A stretch of 64,000 bases of DNA, from contig CBDCMT010000001.1 in NCBI GenBank assembly GCA_965219095.1, forward strand, positions 1,696,001 through 1,760,000, in the 5' to 3' direction. The notes below the pieces were generated by a model. It worked only from the letters and a program-made list of their open reading frames with translations. It searched no databases and was not told where the DNA came from. Within the stretch, counting starts at the first letter, position 1. Each line of letters opens with the position of its first letter. Made by a program: the position numbers and the translations under genes. Source of the stretch: Bdellovibrionales bacterium (lineage in GTDB: Bacteria; Bdellovibrionota; Bdellovibrionia; Bdellovibrionales; UBA1609). Shown here in pieces: positions 1 through 10,508 of this stretch.

Positions 1-317
1 AGTTATGGACCTATGTTTCACCAACTTGGGCTGGTAAATTTATAGACAGTTGGACGAGACGAGTCATGCTTTCAAAAATTGAACCTATGAAAAGAGAAGC
101 AAAAACCATACGAAGACATAAGCTACTTATTCTTAATTACTTCAAGGCTAAAAAAACCTTCTCCTCAGGGATTGTAGAGGGTTTAAACAACAAAGTAAAA
201 CTCACTATGAGAAAATCTTACGGCTTTAGAACCTCTAAAGCTATAAAAATCGCCTTATATCATAACCTTGGAAAACTGCCAGAACCTCCGGGAACCCACA
301 GATTCTTTTGAGGAGGC
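1..317 (+). mobile_element. ISL3-family element, 3' part (runs off window start); transposase C-terminus 66..311
   Basis: Identical to 41878-42194; C-terminal motif SSGIVEGLNNKVK...SYGFR; right end ...ACCCACAGATTCTTTTGAGGAGGC. Confidence 0.93.
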
Positions 318-481
318 TGTTTTTTTTACAATGTGTAAAGGAAGAGTCATTAAAAAATGGAAAGGAAATGCAGGAAGTTTTCTCTTAGGTGATTAGAATA
401 TTCGTGACCGTATGCAAAAAAAATTTTTTATATTTTTTGTAAATGGAGAAGTGTTTCTTCTTGACATACTTTTTGATAGAC
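318..481 (+). mobile_element. IS110/IS1111-type element, right-end non-coding remnant
   Basis: Near-identical to 53509-53672; ends TTGACATACTTTTTGATAGAC. Confidence 0.88.
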
Positions 482-1682
482 ATTTTTATGTTCAAATTTA
501 AAATTTTAAAATTGACTTAAGGAAAAGCTTCAGTTAGGAGATTTTAAAAAAACTTCTTTTAAGGTGAGTTTAAGTTTTCATAAGATATGTTTATTTCATG
601 TACATCTATTTGTTGTGTGAATCGATTGATGGGTTAAAATAAGTGAAAAAAAGTGAGGGTAAAATTTAAAATGAAAAAAATCAGTTACACAATTTAATTT
701 ATAGGTTCAAATTAATTTACAAGCTTGATTCATCTTGTTGTTTTGCCCAAGATCGAGTGCATAATTTTTTAATCCTGCCCTCCTGATCGCAAAAAGTATT
801 CCAGGCCTCACAACAAGTATTCACTATATGGTCATAGTTTTTAAAACATGCATTCGATAATTTGATCCTTCGTAATTGTTGCCAGACTTGTTCCATGGGA
901 TTTAATTCTGGACTATCCGGACAAACTGCTCCAAAAATATAAGTGGATAAAAATTGTCTTTGCCTCACAACTCTAGGCCGTGTGCCTTTTCTTGCCCAAA
1001 TCCTACTCAAAGAACCTTGCTGAGCTTATTCTGCATTCATCCTGCCACCAAATCTCTATTTTATGAGTCTGAATCTTTTCTTTTATTTTCTCCACCTCTT
1101 CTGGAAAATGTTCCTTAAACTGTTCCATAGCTTCTTAATGAACTTTTAGGATGAAGAGAACGACCACTGATACATACAATATTAAGGCGGTCTAAAGAAA
1201 CATAAACCCCAGAAAGAGAATAGCAACAGTCAAATTCATCTGCTAAAAGTTCCTGTATTCCCTTTGCTCCTATGCTGCCTCCTTCTCTTTTGTCTTGAAT
1301 TTCATCTAACTTGATTTTGAACCTCTCTTCTTCTGTCACTGGCAAACGAGGCTTGCGTCCTCTGCCTTCTCGATCTATCAATCCCTCGTAATCAAAGTCT
1401 ACAAAAAAAGACTGTAACCAAGATTTGATACTGTGACGATGATAGAAAACCATATTTAGCTGTTTCTTGAATCGATTTTCCGTCTTGCATATGCTGCAAA
1501 GCTTGGAGTTTTATCTTGATGTTGGCACTTCTTTCTACTTTGTAAGTAGCCAGAAAATCATACCCTTGAATCTGTGTAACTAAATCTTTTTTCGACATGA
1601 CTCTAAAAATTTAACAGAGTTTGATCAAAAAGCCAGGACGCAATGAGTTAAAAGAATGTCGAATTAATTTTTGGAAATGGTA
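482..1682 (-). mobile_element. IS630-family element, degraded copy (ORF fragments 1392..1598, 1115..1453, 717..1010; internal deletion in the DDE domain)
   Basis: Near-identical to 56941-58351; WARKG...SPELNPMEQVW motifs; one TIR at 1655-1682 followed by TA, the other cut at TTCGAC|ATTTT by the IS1111 end. Confidence 0.92.
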
Positions 1683-1780
1683 TAAAGGAGAAATTAGCTT
1701 CTTCTATGGTTTGGTTAATTAATTGACAACACATCCTAGGCCTCTTAGGAAGGTCTAGTTGAGTGAGCATCTTTAATTTG

Positions 1781-1821
1781 GACCATACTCCAAATATATC
1801 GGATATTTTGGGAGTATGGTC
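1781..1821. repeat. Inverted repeat upstream of the AAA+ ATPase promoter
   Basis: GACCATACTCCAAATAT-N5-ATATTTTGGGAGTATGGTC. Confidence 0.7.
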
Positions 1822-1828
1822 TGAAAAA

Positions 1829-1857
1829 TTGACTTTTTTATCTTTTTTAGTTAAGAT
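1829..1857 (+). promoter_or_regulatory. Putative sigma70 promoter (near-leaderless transcript)
   Basis: TTGACT-17 nt-TAAGAT, 8 nt before ATG 1866; no SD. Confidence 0.55.
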
Positions 1858-1865
1858 AAAATAAA

Positions 1866-3029
1866 ATGTTTAAAAGAATGATTAAGCTCTCTAAAACAAA
1901 TAGTCTTTTTCTTTTTGGTGCAAGAGGGGTGGGAAAATCAACGCTTGTTAAAAATGATTATAACTCAAAACAAACTCTTTGGCTTGATTTCCTATCCTAT
2001 AAAGAAGAAGAGAGATTTTCACAAAATCCAGATGAATTGATATCACTTTTGGAAGATAATAACTATAAAAAAGTTGTTATTGATGAGATTCAAAAAGTTC
2101 CAAAAACTTTGGATGTTGTTCAAAAAATCATGATAGATAAGCCTAACATTCAGTTTATTTTAACAGGATCTAGTGCTAGAAAGATCAAAAGAGGATCTGG
2201 TAACTTACTGGCAGGCAGAGCCTTTGTATACCACCTCTATCCTTTTTCAATATTTGAATTAAAAAATAAATACAACTTAGTTGATATTTTAGAATGGGGA
2301 GGTCTTCCTGAGATTTTTATAAAAAAAAATAAATCAGAAAAAAGAAGGTTTTTAGATAGTTATTCTCAAACTTACCTAAAAGAAGAGATTCTGTTTGAAC
2401 AAATCATTCGAAACCTTAACCCTTTTAGAAGTTTTCTTAAAGTGGCATCCCAACAAAACGGTGAGCCTATAAACTATTATAAGATTGCTCAAGATATAAA
2501 TGTTGATAGTAAAACTGTTAAAAATTACTTTTCTATTTTAGAGGATACTCTTCTAGGTTTTGTTCTTCAAAGTTATCATAGATCGATTCGCAAACAAAAT
2601 AGAATATCTCCTAAGTTTTATTTTTTTGATACCGGAGTCAAAAGGGCTTTGGGAGCAGAACTTCAAATCCCTTTAAAAAAAAATACTTATGCTTTCGGAA
2701 AAGCTTTTGAACATCATGTAATTTTAGAGTGTCATTACTTGAATGAATACTTACAAAGAGATTTTAGTTTTTCGTATCTAAGAACAAAAAATCAAGTTGA
2801 GATCGATCTTGTTATTGAGAGGCCTGGTAAAAAAGACCTCCTTGTTGAAATTAAGTCTAGCGACAATATACAAGAAAGACATTTAACTCATTTAGTACGT
2901 TTTAAAAACCAATGGCCTAAAAAGTGCGAAGTTCAGGTTTGGTCTTTAGAATTTCGATCAAAATCCATAAAAGGTATTTCTTGTATCTTTTATAAAGACG
3001 CTTTAAAGAAGCTTTTTGCTATAAAATAG
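1866..3029 (+). CDS. AAA_14/DUF4143 ATP-binding protein with C-terminal PD-(D/E)xK-like domain
   Basis: GARGVGKS Walker A, IDEIQK Walker B, LTGSSA, LAGRA, PKFYFFDTGV, EIDLVIE...VEIK. Confidence 0.88.
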   Translation: MFKRMIKLSKTNSLFLFGARGVGKSTLVKNDYNSKQTLWLDFLSYKEEERFSQNPDELISLLEDNNYKKVVIDEIQKVPKTLDVVQKIMIDKPNIQFILTGSSARKIKRGSGNLLAGRAFVYHLYPFSIFELKNKYNLVDILEWGGLPEIFIKKNKSEKRRFLDSYSQTYLKEEILFEQIIRNLNPFRSFLKVASQQNGEPINYYKIAQDINVDSKTVKNYFSILEDTLLGFVLQSYHRSIRKQNRISPKFYFFDTGVKRALGAELQIPLKKNTYAFGKAFEHHVILECHYLNEYLQRDFSFSYLRTKNQVEIDLVIERPGKKDLLVEIKSSDNIQERHLTHLVRFKNQWPKKCEVQVWSLEFRSKSIKGISCIFYKDALKKLFAIK

Positions 3030-3078
3030 ATTTTCGAGTGAAAGTGCTAAAAATGTAATAGACGTTATATGATCTGAT

Positions 3079-3346
3079 AGTTACACAATTTAATTTAAAC
3101 CTATAAATTAAATTGTGTAACTGATTTTTTCATTTTAAATTTTATCCTCACTTTTTTTCACTTATTTTAACCCATCAATCGATTCACACAACAAATAGAT
3201 ATACATGAAATAAACACATCTTATGAAAACTCAACCTCCCCTCAAAAGAAGTTTTTTTAAAATCTCCTAACTGAAGCTTTTCTTTAAGTCAATTTTAAAA
3301 TTTTAAATTTGAACATAAAAATGTCGAATTAATTTCTGTAATTGGT
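3079..3346 (+). mobile_element. IS630 end remnant with fold-back hairpin (3079-3122)
   Basis: Reverse complement of ~56942-57195; TIR ATGTCGAATTAATTTCTGTAATTGGTA. Confidence 0.85.
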
Positions 3347-3386
3347 ATAATAGGAAAAAATGGCCTAAGCCTCGATGATTTAAGGC

Positions 3387-3857
3387 TCAAAATGACTTCT
3401 TTATAAATTTTTCTCTTATTTTTTCTAACAACAATTCTCTTTTGATTCTATAAATAATCAATTTTTCTTCTATATAATCAGATTCTATATTTTGAGGTTT
3501 TGAAAAATTGTCCTTTTTTGTAATAGCTTTTGTAACTTTCACAGCTGATTGGTTTTTATTTAAACTGATAAATTCTAGTTGGATTTTATAATAAAGACCA
3601 TAATGTAGAGGTTTGAGCAAGTTATGATGAAGAGTCCATACTTCGTTAAATTTATAGATATCAGTTTCAATGATCTTGCCCTTAAGAGATAGAACTTTGA
3701 ATTTATAATGAGAAAGAGCTTTCTGACTAGCTACAAAAAGAGAGTGGTAGTCCACATTGAAGACTTTAAAAGTTTCTTCTTTCTTTTGTTTTAACTCTGT
3801 AGATGCACAGCTTATAGCAAAAAAATATAATATAAGAGCAAAAGCCTTAAGCCTCAC
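3387..3857 (-). CDS. Hypothetical lipoprotein
   Basis: Signal peptide with lipobox AISC; 156 aa; coupled to upstream ORF. Confidence 0.7.
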   Translation of the reverse strand: MRLKAFALILYFFAISCASTELKQKKEETFKVFNVDYHSLFVASQKALSHYKFKVLSLKGKIIETDIYKFNEVWTLHHNLLKPLHYGLYYKIQLEFISLNKNQSAVKVTKAITKKDNFSKPQNIESDYIEEKLIIYRIKRELLLEKIREKFIKKSF

Positions 3858-3859
3858 TT

Positions 3860-4984
3860 TTACTTTACTTCAAACTCTAAAAGATTAGTTGTAAAAAATT
3901 GAGGATCTTGACTCACTTGAGGGTTTCGTCCTTGAAAGACCACTTGCCAAAAGTAATGTCCTTTTTCTAAATTTTCAAATTCAGAGACATCAATGCTAGT
4001 CCGCCAATTTTCAAAATGCATTTTTGATATAAGTTTTTTGATTTGAGTGAGTTTTCTTTTTTTATAATAAAAACTTTTTACTTTCCACAGAAGGACCTGC
4101 ATACCGTAAGCTTGTATGTGTTCAGTTTTTTTAGGTAATTCTGTAGAGAGGATACTCTTTGATAAAGTGAGGTCAGGAAGTAGAGAGAGAAACTCAGGGA
4201 TTTGATGAATTTGATCAGGGTACATAAGATGTAAGGACTGAGCCGATGGGGATTTGTTTTCAAGAAAGGTTTCTAAGTAAGCCTCCATATAGTTTTTTTT
4301 CATTTTATGAGTTAAAAGATTCATAATATGGGGTTTTTCAGAAGTGGGGGAGTTAAGTTCTAAATGGCGGTCCTTTTGAGCTTTTTTCATGTCAGTGAAT
4401 AAAAACTCATCATTTTTTCTATGAAGAGCTATATAAAATAAATTGTATGATTCATGATTTTTGTTTGCTATTAATTTATGTTTAAAAGAAAGTGGTATAA
4501 TATTTTGTGAATAGTCTAATTTGTAGAAAGATTTGGTTAGATGAGGCTCATACTTTAAACTTTGAAATTGAGATACAAAAGGTATGAGCTTAAAGTTTTT
4601 AGATAAAGATCTTAATTTTTTAATAGAAACTTTAGCATGAAGACTTTGAAGCCCTGTTTCGATAGAGATAAGGTTTGTTGAAAAGGATTTTTTTTCAACT
4701 GTTATAGTAATAAAACTAATTTTTTCTTTTTGTTTAGGAAAACTCAAAAAAGAAGGAACTTTATAAGTGCGACCCAATATTTTTATGGTTTCTAAAGAGC
4801 CTTGCATTTGATGATCTATATGGAAAAAGGGAATGGTATTAGAGTTTAAGCTGGGAACAGTGAAAACGTAATCTACAACACCGTCTTTAGGTAAATGGCC
4901 GAACCCTGAAATCTCTCCTTTAATTTCTTTAGAAAACCCCTTAAAAGAAAAAATAAAAATAAAAATAGTTATAATTTTACGCAT
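3860..4984 (-). CDS. Hypothetical exported protein
   Basis: 374-aa ORF, N-terminal signal peptide, G-rich SD upstream. Confidence 0.7.
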   Translation of the reverse strand: MRKIITIFIFIFSFKGFSKEIKGEISGFGHLPKDGVVDYVFTVPSLNSNTIPFFHIDHQMQGSLETIKILGRTYKVPSFLSFPKQKEKISFITITVEKKSFSTNLISIETGLQSLHAKVSIKKLRSLSKNFKLIPFVSQFQSLKYEPHLTKSFYKLDYSQNIIPLSFKHKLIANKNHESYNLFYIALHRKNDEFLFTDMKKAQKDRHLELNSPTSEKPHIMNLLTHKMKKNYMEAYLETFLENKSPSAQSLHLMYPDQIHQIPEFLSLLPDLTLSKSILSTELPKKTEHIQAYGMQVLLWKVKSFYYKKRKLTQIKKLISKMHFENWRTSIDVSEFENLEKGHYFWQVVFQGRNPQVSQDPQFFTTNLLEFEVK

Positions 4985-5222
4985 AAGCCCCCCTATAGTT
5001 CAGCCTAAAAAGCAGATTTTAACTTGTCAAGTAAGATTGAAATTAAAAGTTTGTTTAGATTCATAGTAAAGAGTTTATGAGGAATTGAGTTTTGAAAAAT
5101 AGACTTTAGTCTTGGTTTTTTAAAAATAAGGTTTATGTATAAAGTCTCATCCTCTCTAGTTTTAGGACTAGAAATGAAATTTTAAGTTTAAGTTTCTTAT
5201 AGAGTAGACCGAAGATTTAGAT

Positions 5223-5951
5223 ATGAAAAAGTTAAATTTATTTATTATAAGCTCTTTTCTTATAAGCTGTTCAGGATTTGAAGAAAGCACTAGCCTTAAA
5301 GAAAGCACTAGTTTTTCAAGTTCACATTGCTCTCCTATCACATCCTTACCTAAATTAGCAGGTGCTTTTTTTCACTACAACACAAGTCTTAAAGTACATG
5401 GTGATGAAATAACCATAAAAATGAATTTTTTTAAAGATAAAAAATGTGATTCTAGCATAGCACGTGTTACGTTTGAAGGTGACAGTTTAGAAAAAAAGAT
5501 TTTAGAGATGGATGATATTTTTCCTAATTTTAGAGAGGCCGTAACGGATTACGAAAAAGCTTTGGAATTAAAACTAAGAGTTAGAAGTTTAGAATTGTTC
5601 TTGAAGGATGATTTACTCTTACCTCTTTTAAGGGACGTTATAACACAGTATTTGCATTTAAATTGTAAAGTTACTTATGATGATTTAAGAGGTGATATTA
5701 TTTCATTAAATGGAATGGTTTGTGAAAAGCTTAAGTTGCCTAAGGTAGACACAGTTCTTTACTACTATATAGCTTTGAAAAAACAAAATTTTACTACTCT
5801 GAAACAAGACTGTACTCTAGAAAAGACTTTGAAGGAAGTGCCAGCTTTATTTTTAGGACACTATACCTGCATATCAGAAGGAGTTCCTCTTAATAGTCCA
5901 TCCTCCTCTTCAAAGGGGTGCATTCATCTTCTAGGTGAAATGAGTAAATAA
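5223..5951 (+). CDS. Hypothetical lipoprotein
   Basis: MKK...FLISC lipobox; several Cys. Confidence 0.7.
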   Translation: MKKLNLFIISSFLISCSGFEESTSLKESTSFSSSHCSPITSLPKLAGAFFHYNTSLKVHGDEITIKMNFFKDKKCDSSIARVTFEGDSLEKKILEMDDIFPNFREAVTDYEKALELKLRVRSLELFLKDDLLLPLLRDVITQYLHLNCKVTYDDLRGDIISLNGMVCEKLKLPKVDTVLYYYIALKKQNFTTLKQDCTLEKTLKEVPALFLGHYTCISEGVPLNSPSSSSKGCIHLLGEMSK

Positions 5952-6221
5952 AAGACAATATCTTCCGAAAAGTTCTGACTTAAAGTCATTGACTCATCAA
6001 TGTTTAAGAAAGATTGAATTTGAAATTAACAATAGACCTATGAAATGTCTTGACTGGCTAACCCTTGAAGTTATGATGAAAGAAAAGATTGCACTAGTGA
6101 ATTGATAATAGGATTTACATACTTACTACACTTCAAAAAAACTGAGGATGTCCGTAATCCCGTTAGACTTTCAGAAGGAACTTTTGAAACACGGTTAGTA
6201 TAGAAGCTCTAGAAGAGGATT

Positions 6222-6437
6222 TTATAAGCTTTCTTTGTCAGAAGTTTCAGTACTTTTAGGTGGTTTGATGGTCTTGTCAATTTCGTTGAAAGATAGCTGA
6301 GCTGTTTCTTTGGCTGTTTTGAATTCATTCATAATCCTCACAAGATATTTTGCAAGCTGAGGCAGTTCTTTAGGACCTATAAAAACAAGTACTATTAAGC
6401 TTAAAAATAAAACCTCTGAAAACCCTAAATTAAACAT
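6222..6437 (-). CDS. tatB: Sec-independent translocase subunit TatB (TatA/B family)
   Basis: MFNLGFSEVLFLSLIVLVFIGPKELP motif; start at ATG 6437 overlapping the upstream stop. Confidence 0.8.
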   Translation of the reverse strand: MFNLGFSEVLFLSLIVLVFIGPKELPQLAKYLVRIMNEFKTAKETAQLSFNEIDKTIKPPKSTETSDKESL

Positions 6438-7006
6438 TAATTCTTTTTTATACCTAAAGATTTTGAAAGGCAAGTCTTTTGAGCTTCTGGTTCAAAAACT
6501 TCTGAAATTAGAAGGTCAGAGTTTTCTCTTGGCTCTCCTAAACTTGTACTTCTTTTAATAAAACGCAATACAATTGTAAACGGATGAAAGTTTTCTCCTA
6601 GATCCTTATAAACGCTCTTGTGCTTTAAAGATAGATGGGAGAGCATGTTATAAGAAGATTCTCCCATTTGAGTATAGTAATTAAGTCCCATCAAAGTGTT
6701 CTGAAGCTTTTCATTGAAAAATCCTATCATGTAAAGACAACTGTCGGCTAAGTCTTTTAAAATCTTCTCTTTTTCAGAGGGATCTGTTTTTTCTAAGAAA
6801 GAAAAATACTTGTGAGCAAGTACTTTATTTTTAAGTTTTCCTGTATTTTCACATGTTTCAAAAAGATTATAGGAAAGAGTGTATAAATTTAAAAGAGAGA
6901 CAAGATACTCGTGCGTACTTTCACTCATTTTAGTTTGACATTTTTCACAAGCTTCCTTAAGGCTTTTATCAAAAAAATCTTCTAATTTTTCAGAGCTGAA
7001 TGACAA
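6437..7006 (-). CDS. Conserved hypothetical protein
   Basis: 189 aa; AGGAGG SD; LKDLADSCLYMIGFF...YYTQMGESSY segment resembles a conserved proteobacterial hypothetical family. Confidence 0.7.
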   Translation of the reverse strand: MSFSSEKLEDFFDKSLKEACEKCQTKMSESTHEYLVSLLNLYTLSYNLFETCENTGKLKNKVLAHKYFSFLEKTDPSEKEKILKDLADSCLYMIGFFNEKLQNTLMGLNYYTQMGESSYNMLSHLSLKHKSVYKDLGENFHPFTIVLRFIKRSTSLGEPRENSDLLISEVFEPEAQKTCLSKSLGIKKN

Positions 7007-7229
7007 AAACTACCTCCTTTCTTTTATTTTAACAAAAATCAAGCGATTTAAAAAAAAATAACTAGACTTTTGTAAAGAATGTCTCATTATGAGAATCCAT
7101 TGATGGGTTTTTTGAATTAATATCTCAAACCCAATTTAATTTGATTTGAAAAGAAAGAAATTTCTCAAATCAAATTTAAGCCATTTGAGATGAAAAACCC
7201 ATTTGATAGTTTGAGATGACATAAAGGAC

Positions 7230-8003
7230 TTAAAAGCATGTTTTTTCTACTTGTTGTGCAAGATTTTGAAAGGCTGATAGAAGATCTTGATCAGAAGAAT
7301 TATCTAAAAGGTTGAGTCCTTCTTCTGCACAAAGCCCTACATCTTGTGAAAAAGGAATAGTAGCTAGTTTAGGTAGCTTTTTTTCTTTTAAAAACTCATC
7401 TAAATACCCTTTAGGAAAAAGCTGTAAGGTTTCATGATGTGTTTTAAAATAAGCCATGTTTTCAATCACTCCTAAAACAGGAATCTCTAATTTATCGAAC
7501 ATATCAAGGGCTTTTTTAGCATCTATAAGGGATATGTTTTGAGGTGTTGTAACCACCAAAGCTCCTTGTACAGGAACTTTCTGAGCTATCGTTAAAGCCA
7601 CATCCCCTGTGCCAGGAGGAAGATCCACAATAAGGTAATCTAATTTCCCCCAAAGGACATCCCTTAAAAACTGTTCTAAAACTTTAAAAAGCATAGGACC
7701 TCTCCATATAACAGCCTGCTCTTCTGAGATTAAAAGTCCCAAGCTCATCAGTTTTAGGCCGTGAAATGTGAGGGGGTGAATTTTATCACCTTGAATCAAA
7801 GGCTTTTTTTGGGTTTTTAACATGTGAGGAAGGCTTGGGCCATAAATGTCTCCGTCTAAAAGAGCTGTTTTATATCCTTTTTCTTTTAAGCTAAAGGCTA
7901 AGGTTAAAGAGATGGTGGATTTACCCACACCTCCTTTTCCAGAACCCACAAGAAGGACGTTCCTAACTTCTTTTAAAGGTTTTTGTTTTTCAAAAAGGCT
8001 CAT
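7230..8003 (-). CDS. mrp: Mrp/NBP35 (ApbC) Fe-S carrier ATPase, short form
   Basis: SGKGGVGKST, DGDIYGPS, VIWRGPM, DLPPGTGD, VIENM. Confidence 0.93.
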   Translation of the reverse strand: MSLFEKQKPLKEVRNVLLVGSGKGGVGKSTISLTLAFSLKEKGYKTALLDGDIYGPSLPHMLKTQKKPLIQGDKIHPLTFHGLKLMSLGLLISEEQAVIWRGPMLFKVLEQFLRDVLWGKLDYLIVDLPPGTGDVALTIAQKVPVQGALVVTTPQNISLIDAKKALDMFDKLEIPVLGVIENMAYFKTHHETLQLFPKGYLDEFLKEKKLPKLATIPFSQDVGLCAEEGLNLLDNSSDQDLLSAFQNLAQQVEKTCF

Positions 8004-8057
8004 AATAAAAATCTCTTTGACTTTATAACATCTGGTAAGTAGCATAAGTCAAGCTTT

Positions 8058-9359
8058 ATGCAAAAAATTCTTAAGAGTTTTCAAACGATTGTATCCCTTA
8101 GTAAGAGAAGAGGCTTTATTTTTCAAAACAGTGAAATTTACGGTGGACTTAACTCTTGTTGGGATTACGGACCCCTAGGAGTTGAACTTAAGATGAATGT
8201 TAAGAAAGCTTGGTGGGAGAGTATGACAAGAAGATCTGATGTTGTGGGTTTGGATGCGTCTATTTTCATGCACCCTAAAGTTTGGGAGGCCTCAGGTCAT
8301 GTGGAAAGTTTTAATGATCCCTTGGTGGATTGCAGGAATTGTAAAAATCGCTTTAAAGTTGATGAGAGTCAAAACAAAACTTGCCCCCATTGTGGATCTC
8401 ACAATCTAACAGAAGAAAGGCATTTTAATCTTATGTTTCAAACTTATATGGGTTCTGTGCAAGATAAGACTTCTCAAGTGTATTTAAGACCAGAAACAGC
8501 ACAAGGAATTTTTGTAAATTTTGAAAACGTACAACAATCCATGAGAAAGAAGTTACCCTTTGGCATTGCCCAAATAGGAAAATCTTTCCGTAATGAAATA
8601 ACGCCTGGGAATTTTATCTTTAGAACTCGTGAATTTGAACAAATGGAAATGCAATTCTTTATCTCTCCTAAAGAAGATGAAAAATGGTTTCAAAAATGGA
8701 AAGAGCTTAGATGGCAGTTTTATAAAGATTTAGGTTTAAATGAAAAGAAATTACGCTTTCACTCTCATGATAAGAAGGAGTTAGCTCATTATGCTAAACA
8801 AGCAGTAGATATACAGTACGAATTTCCTATAAACTGGCAGGAGTTAGAGGGGATTCATAATCGCAGTGACTTTGATCTCTCACAGCACCAAAAGTTCAGT
8901 GGAAAAAAGTTAGAATATTTTGATGAAGTTCGTAAAGAAAAGTTTATTCCTTATGTTGTAGAAACAGCTTTAGGATGTGACAGACTATGTTTAGCTCTCC
9001 TGTGTGATGCCTATAAAGAAGAAAGTGTAGGAAAAGACAATCGTGTAGTTTTAAAACTTCACCCCAAACTTGCTCCCTGTAAAATTGCTGTATTACCGCT
9101 TTCCAAAAAAAATGAACTTCAAGAAACAGCTCATAAAATCAGGAATAATCTTTCTCAAAAATGGTCATGTGAATATGATGAATCGGGAACGATTGGCAAA
9201 CGTTATAGAAGACAAGATGAAATTGGCACTCCTTTTTGTGTGACCATCGATTTTCAAACCAAAGAAACCTCTCAAGTGACTGTGAGAGATAGAGATACTA
9301 TGAAACAAGAAAAGGTTCTCATCTCTCAACTTCCTAACTATTTTTTAGAAAAATTTTAA
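8058..9359 (+). CDS. glyQS: Glycine--tRNA ligase, homodimeric (alpha2) type
   Basis: EIYGG...[50 protein letters not shown]. Confidence 0.96.
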   Translation: MQKILKSFQTIVSLSKRRGFIFQNSEIYGGLNSCWDYGPLGVELKMNVKKAWWESMTRRSDVVGLDASIFMHPKVWEASGHVESFNDPLVDCRNCKNRFKVDESQNKTCPHCGSHNLTEERHFNLMFQTYMGSVQDKTSQVYLRPETAQGIFVNFENVQQSMRKKLPFGIAQIGKSFRNEITPGNFIFRTREFEQMEMQFFISPKEDEKWFQKWKELRWQFYKDLGLNEKKLRFHSHDKKELAHYAKQAVDIQYEFPINWQELEGIHNRSDFDLSQHQKFSGKKLEYFDEVRKEKFIPYVVETALGCDRLCLALLCDAYKEESVGKDNRVVLKLHPKLAPCKIAVLPLSKKNELQETAHKIRNNLSQKWSCEYDESGTIGKRYRRQDEIGTPFCVTIDFQTKETSQVTVRDRDTMKQEKVLISQLPNYFLEKF

Positions 9360-9557
9360 CAAATTTATTTTAGACTGAGCCTAGAAATTAAAAAAAAGGG
9401 AGAAACGATGAATCTTAGGAGTGGAAATCTAAAAAACTTGAACTATTCAATAAATCCTTCTTTTTTGAAAAGGTTTAAAGGGAAGAGAGTGAGCTTAAAA
9501 AAATTGAGAATCTATCAGGTCAGTAGTTGCAAAAAGAAAATAAGCCTAAGAAATCCC

Positions 9558-10466
9558 TCAAAGTCTTTTATTTTTATTATTAAGTGTTTTCAGAAGGGCT
9601 AAAAATTTGTCAGGATAAAGGGTTATCACACCTTGTGCGAAAACAGGCCAGATCATAGGAGAAGATTTATCTAGCTGAACAAAGATTTTCTTTTTCTGTC
9701 GTTTTAACTCCTTGATTAAAGATGGAGAGAAGACCTTTCTACCTCCTATCTTAAGGGGAGACAAAAAAACAGGTTCTTTTACTTTTATAAGAGGTTCTAA
9801 GTACAAAGATTCCATCATAAGGACAAACGGGATTTCAGATAAAGAACTTACAAATCTCCATTGAGGACGTTGAGTTTTTAAATATTTATAGCTTGCCATA
9901 GAGTCTGCAGATATAACAACTTGATTTTGAGCTTTGTGTTTTTCTATTATTTTTATAAGATCACCAAAACCATACGTATCTCTTAATCTTATTTTTAATA
10001 AAAAGGGTTTTTTGTAATTTTTTATGAAATCTTCAAATTTTATAAAATTTAGCTTCTTCCTTTTATTTCTAAAAGAAAATTCTCCTTTTTTATTCTTAAA
10101 ATAAAATCCTAAATTTAAATTTTTTATTTCACTCCATTTCTTCCAAGAAATAAAACCTTCACCTTCTGTTTGTACTTCAAGTCTATCATGACCATAAAGA
10201 AGCCACTGACCATCAAGAGTTCGTTTTAATTCTATCTCTAAAACAATTTCAGAAGAAAGCTCCTTAACTCTTCTAAAAGCCTCCTTACTATGACCAGGGC
10301 CTAAACCTCCGCCACCCCCTTGAGCTATAAGCCAGTATTTTCTTTCTTTTTCAAACCAACTACTTTTATCTTGAATTTTTTTTTGAAACCCTAACTGCCT
10401 CAAAGAAAAAATAGCTATTGTAGTTAAACAAAGAACTAAAAAAGAGATTTTTAGAACATATTTCAT
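9558..10466 (-). CDS. Glycerophosphodiester phosphodiesterase-family protein (degenerate catalytic motifs)
   Basis: IAQGGGG (vs AHRG), LEIELKRTLDG...HDRLE...T, GVITLYPD; N-terminal anchor. Confidence 0.7.
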   Translation of the reverse strand: MKYVLKISFLVLCLTTIAIFSLRQLGFQKKIQDKSSWFEKERKYWLIAQGGGGGLGPGHSKEAFRRVKELSSEIVLEIELKRTLDGQWLLYGHDRLEVQTEGEGFISWKKWSEIKNLNLGFYFKNKKGEFSFRNKRKKLNFIKFEDFIKNYKKPFLLKIRLRDTYGFGDLIKIIEKHKAQNQVVISADSMASYKYLKTQRPQWRFVSSLSEIPFVLMMESLYLEPLIKVKEPVFLSPLKIGGRKVFSPSLIKELKRQKKKIFVQLDKSSPMIWPVFAQGVITLYPDKFLALLKTLNNKNKRL

Positions 10467-10508
10467 ACAAAGTTTTTTACACGAAATTCTTTTGATAAGA
10501 GTTCTTTT

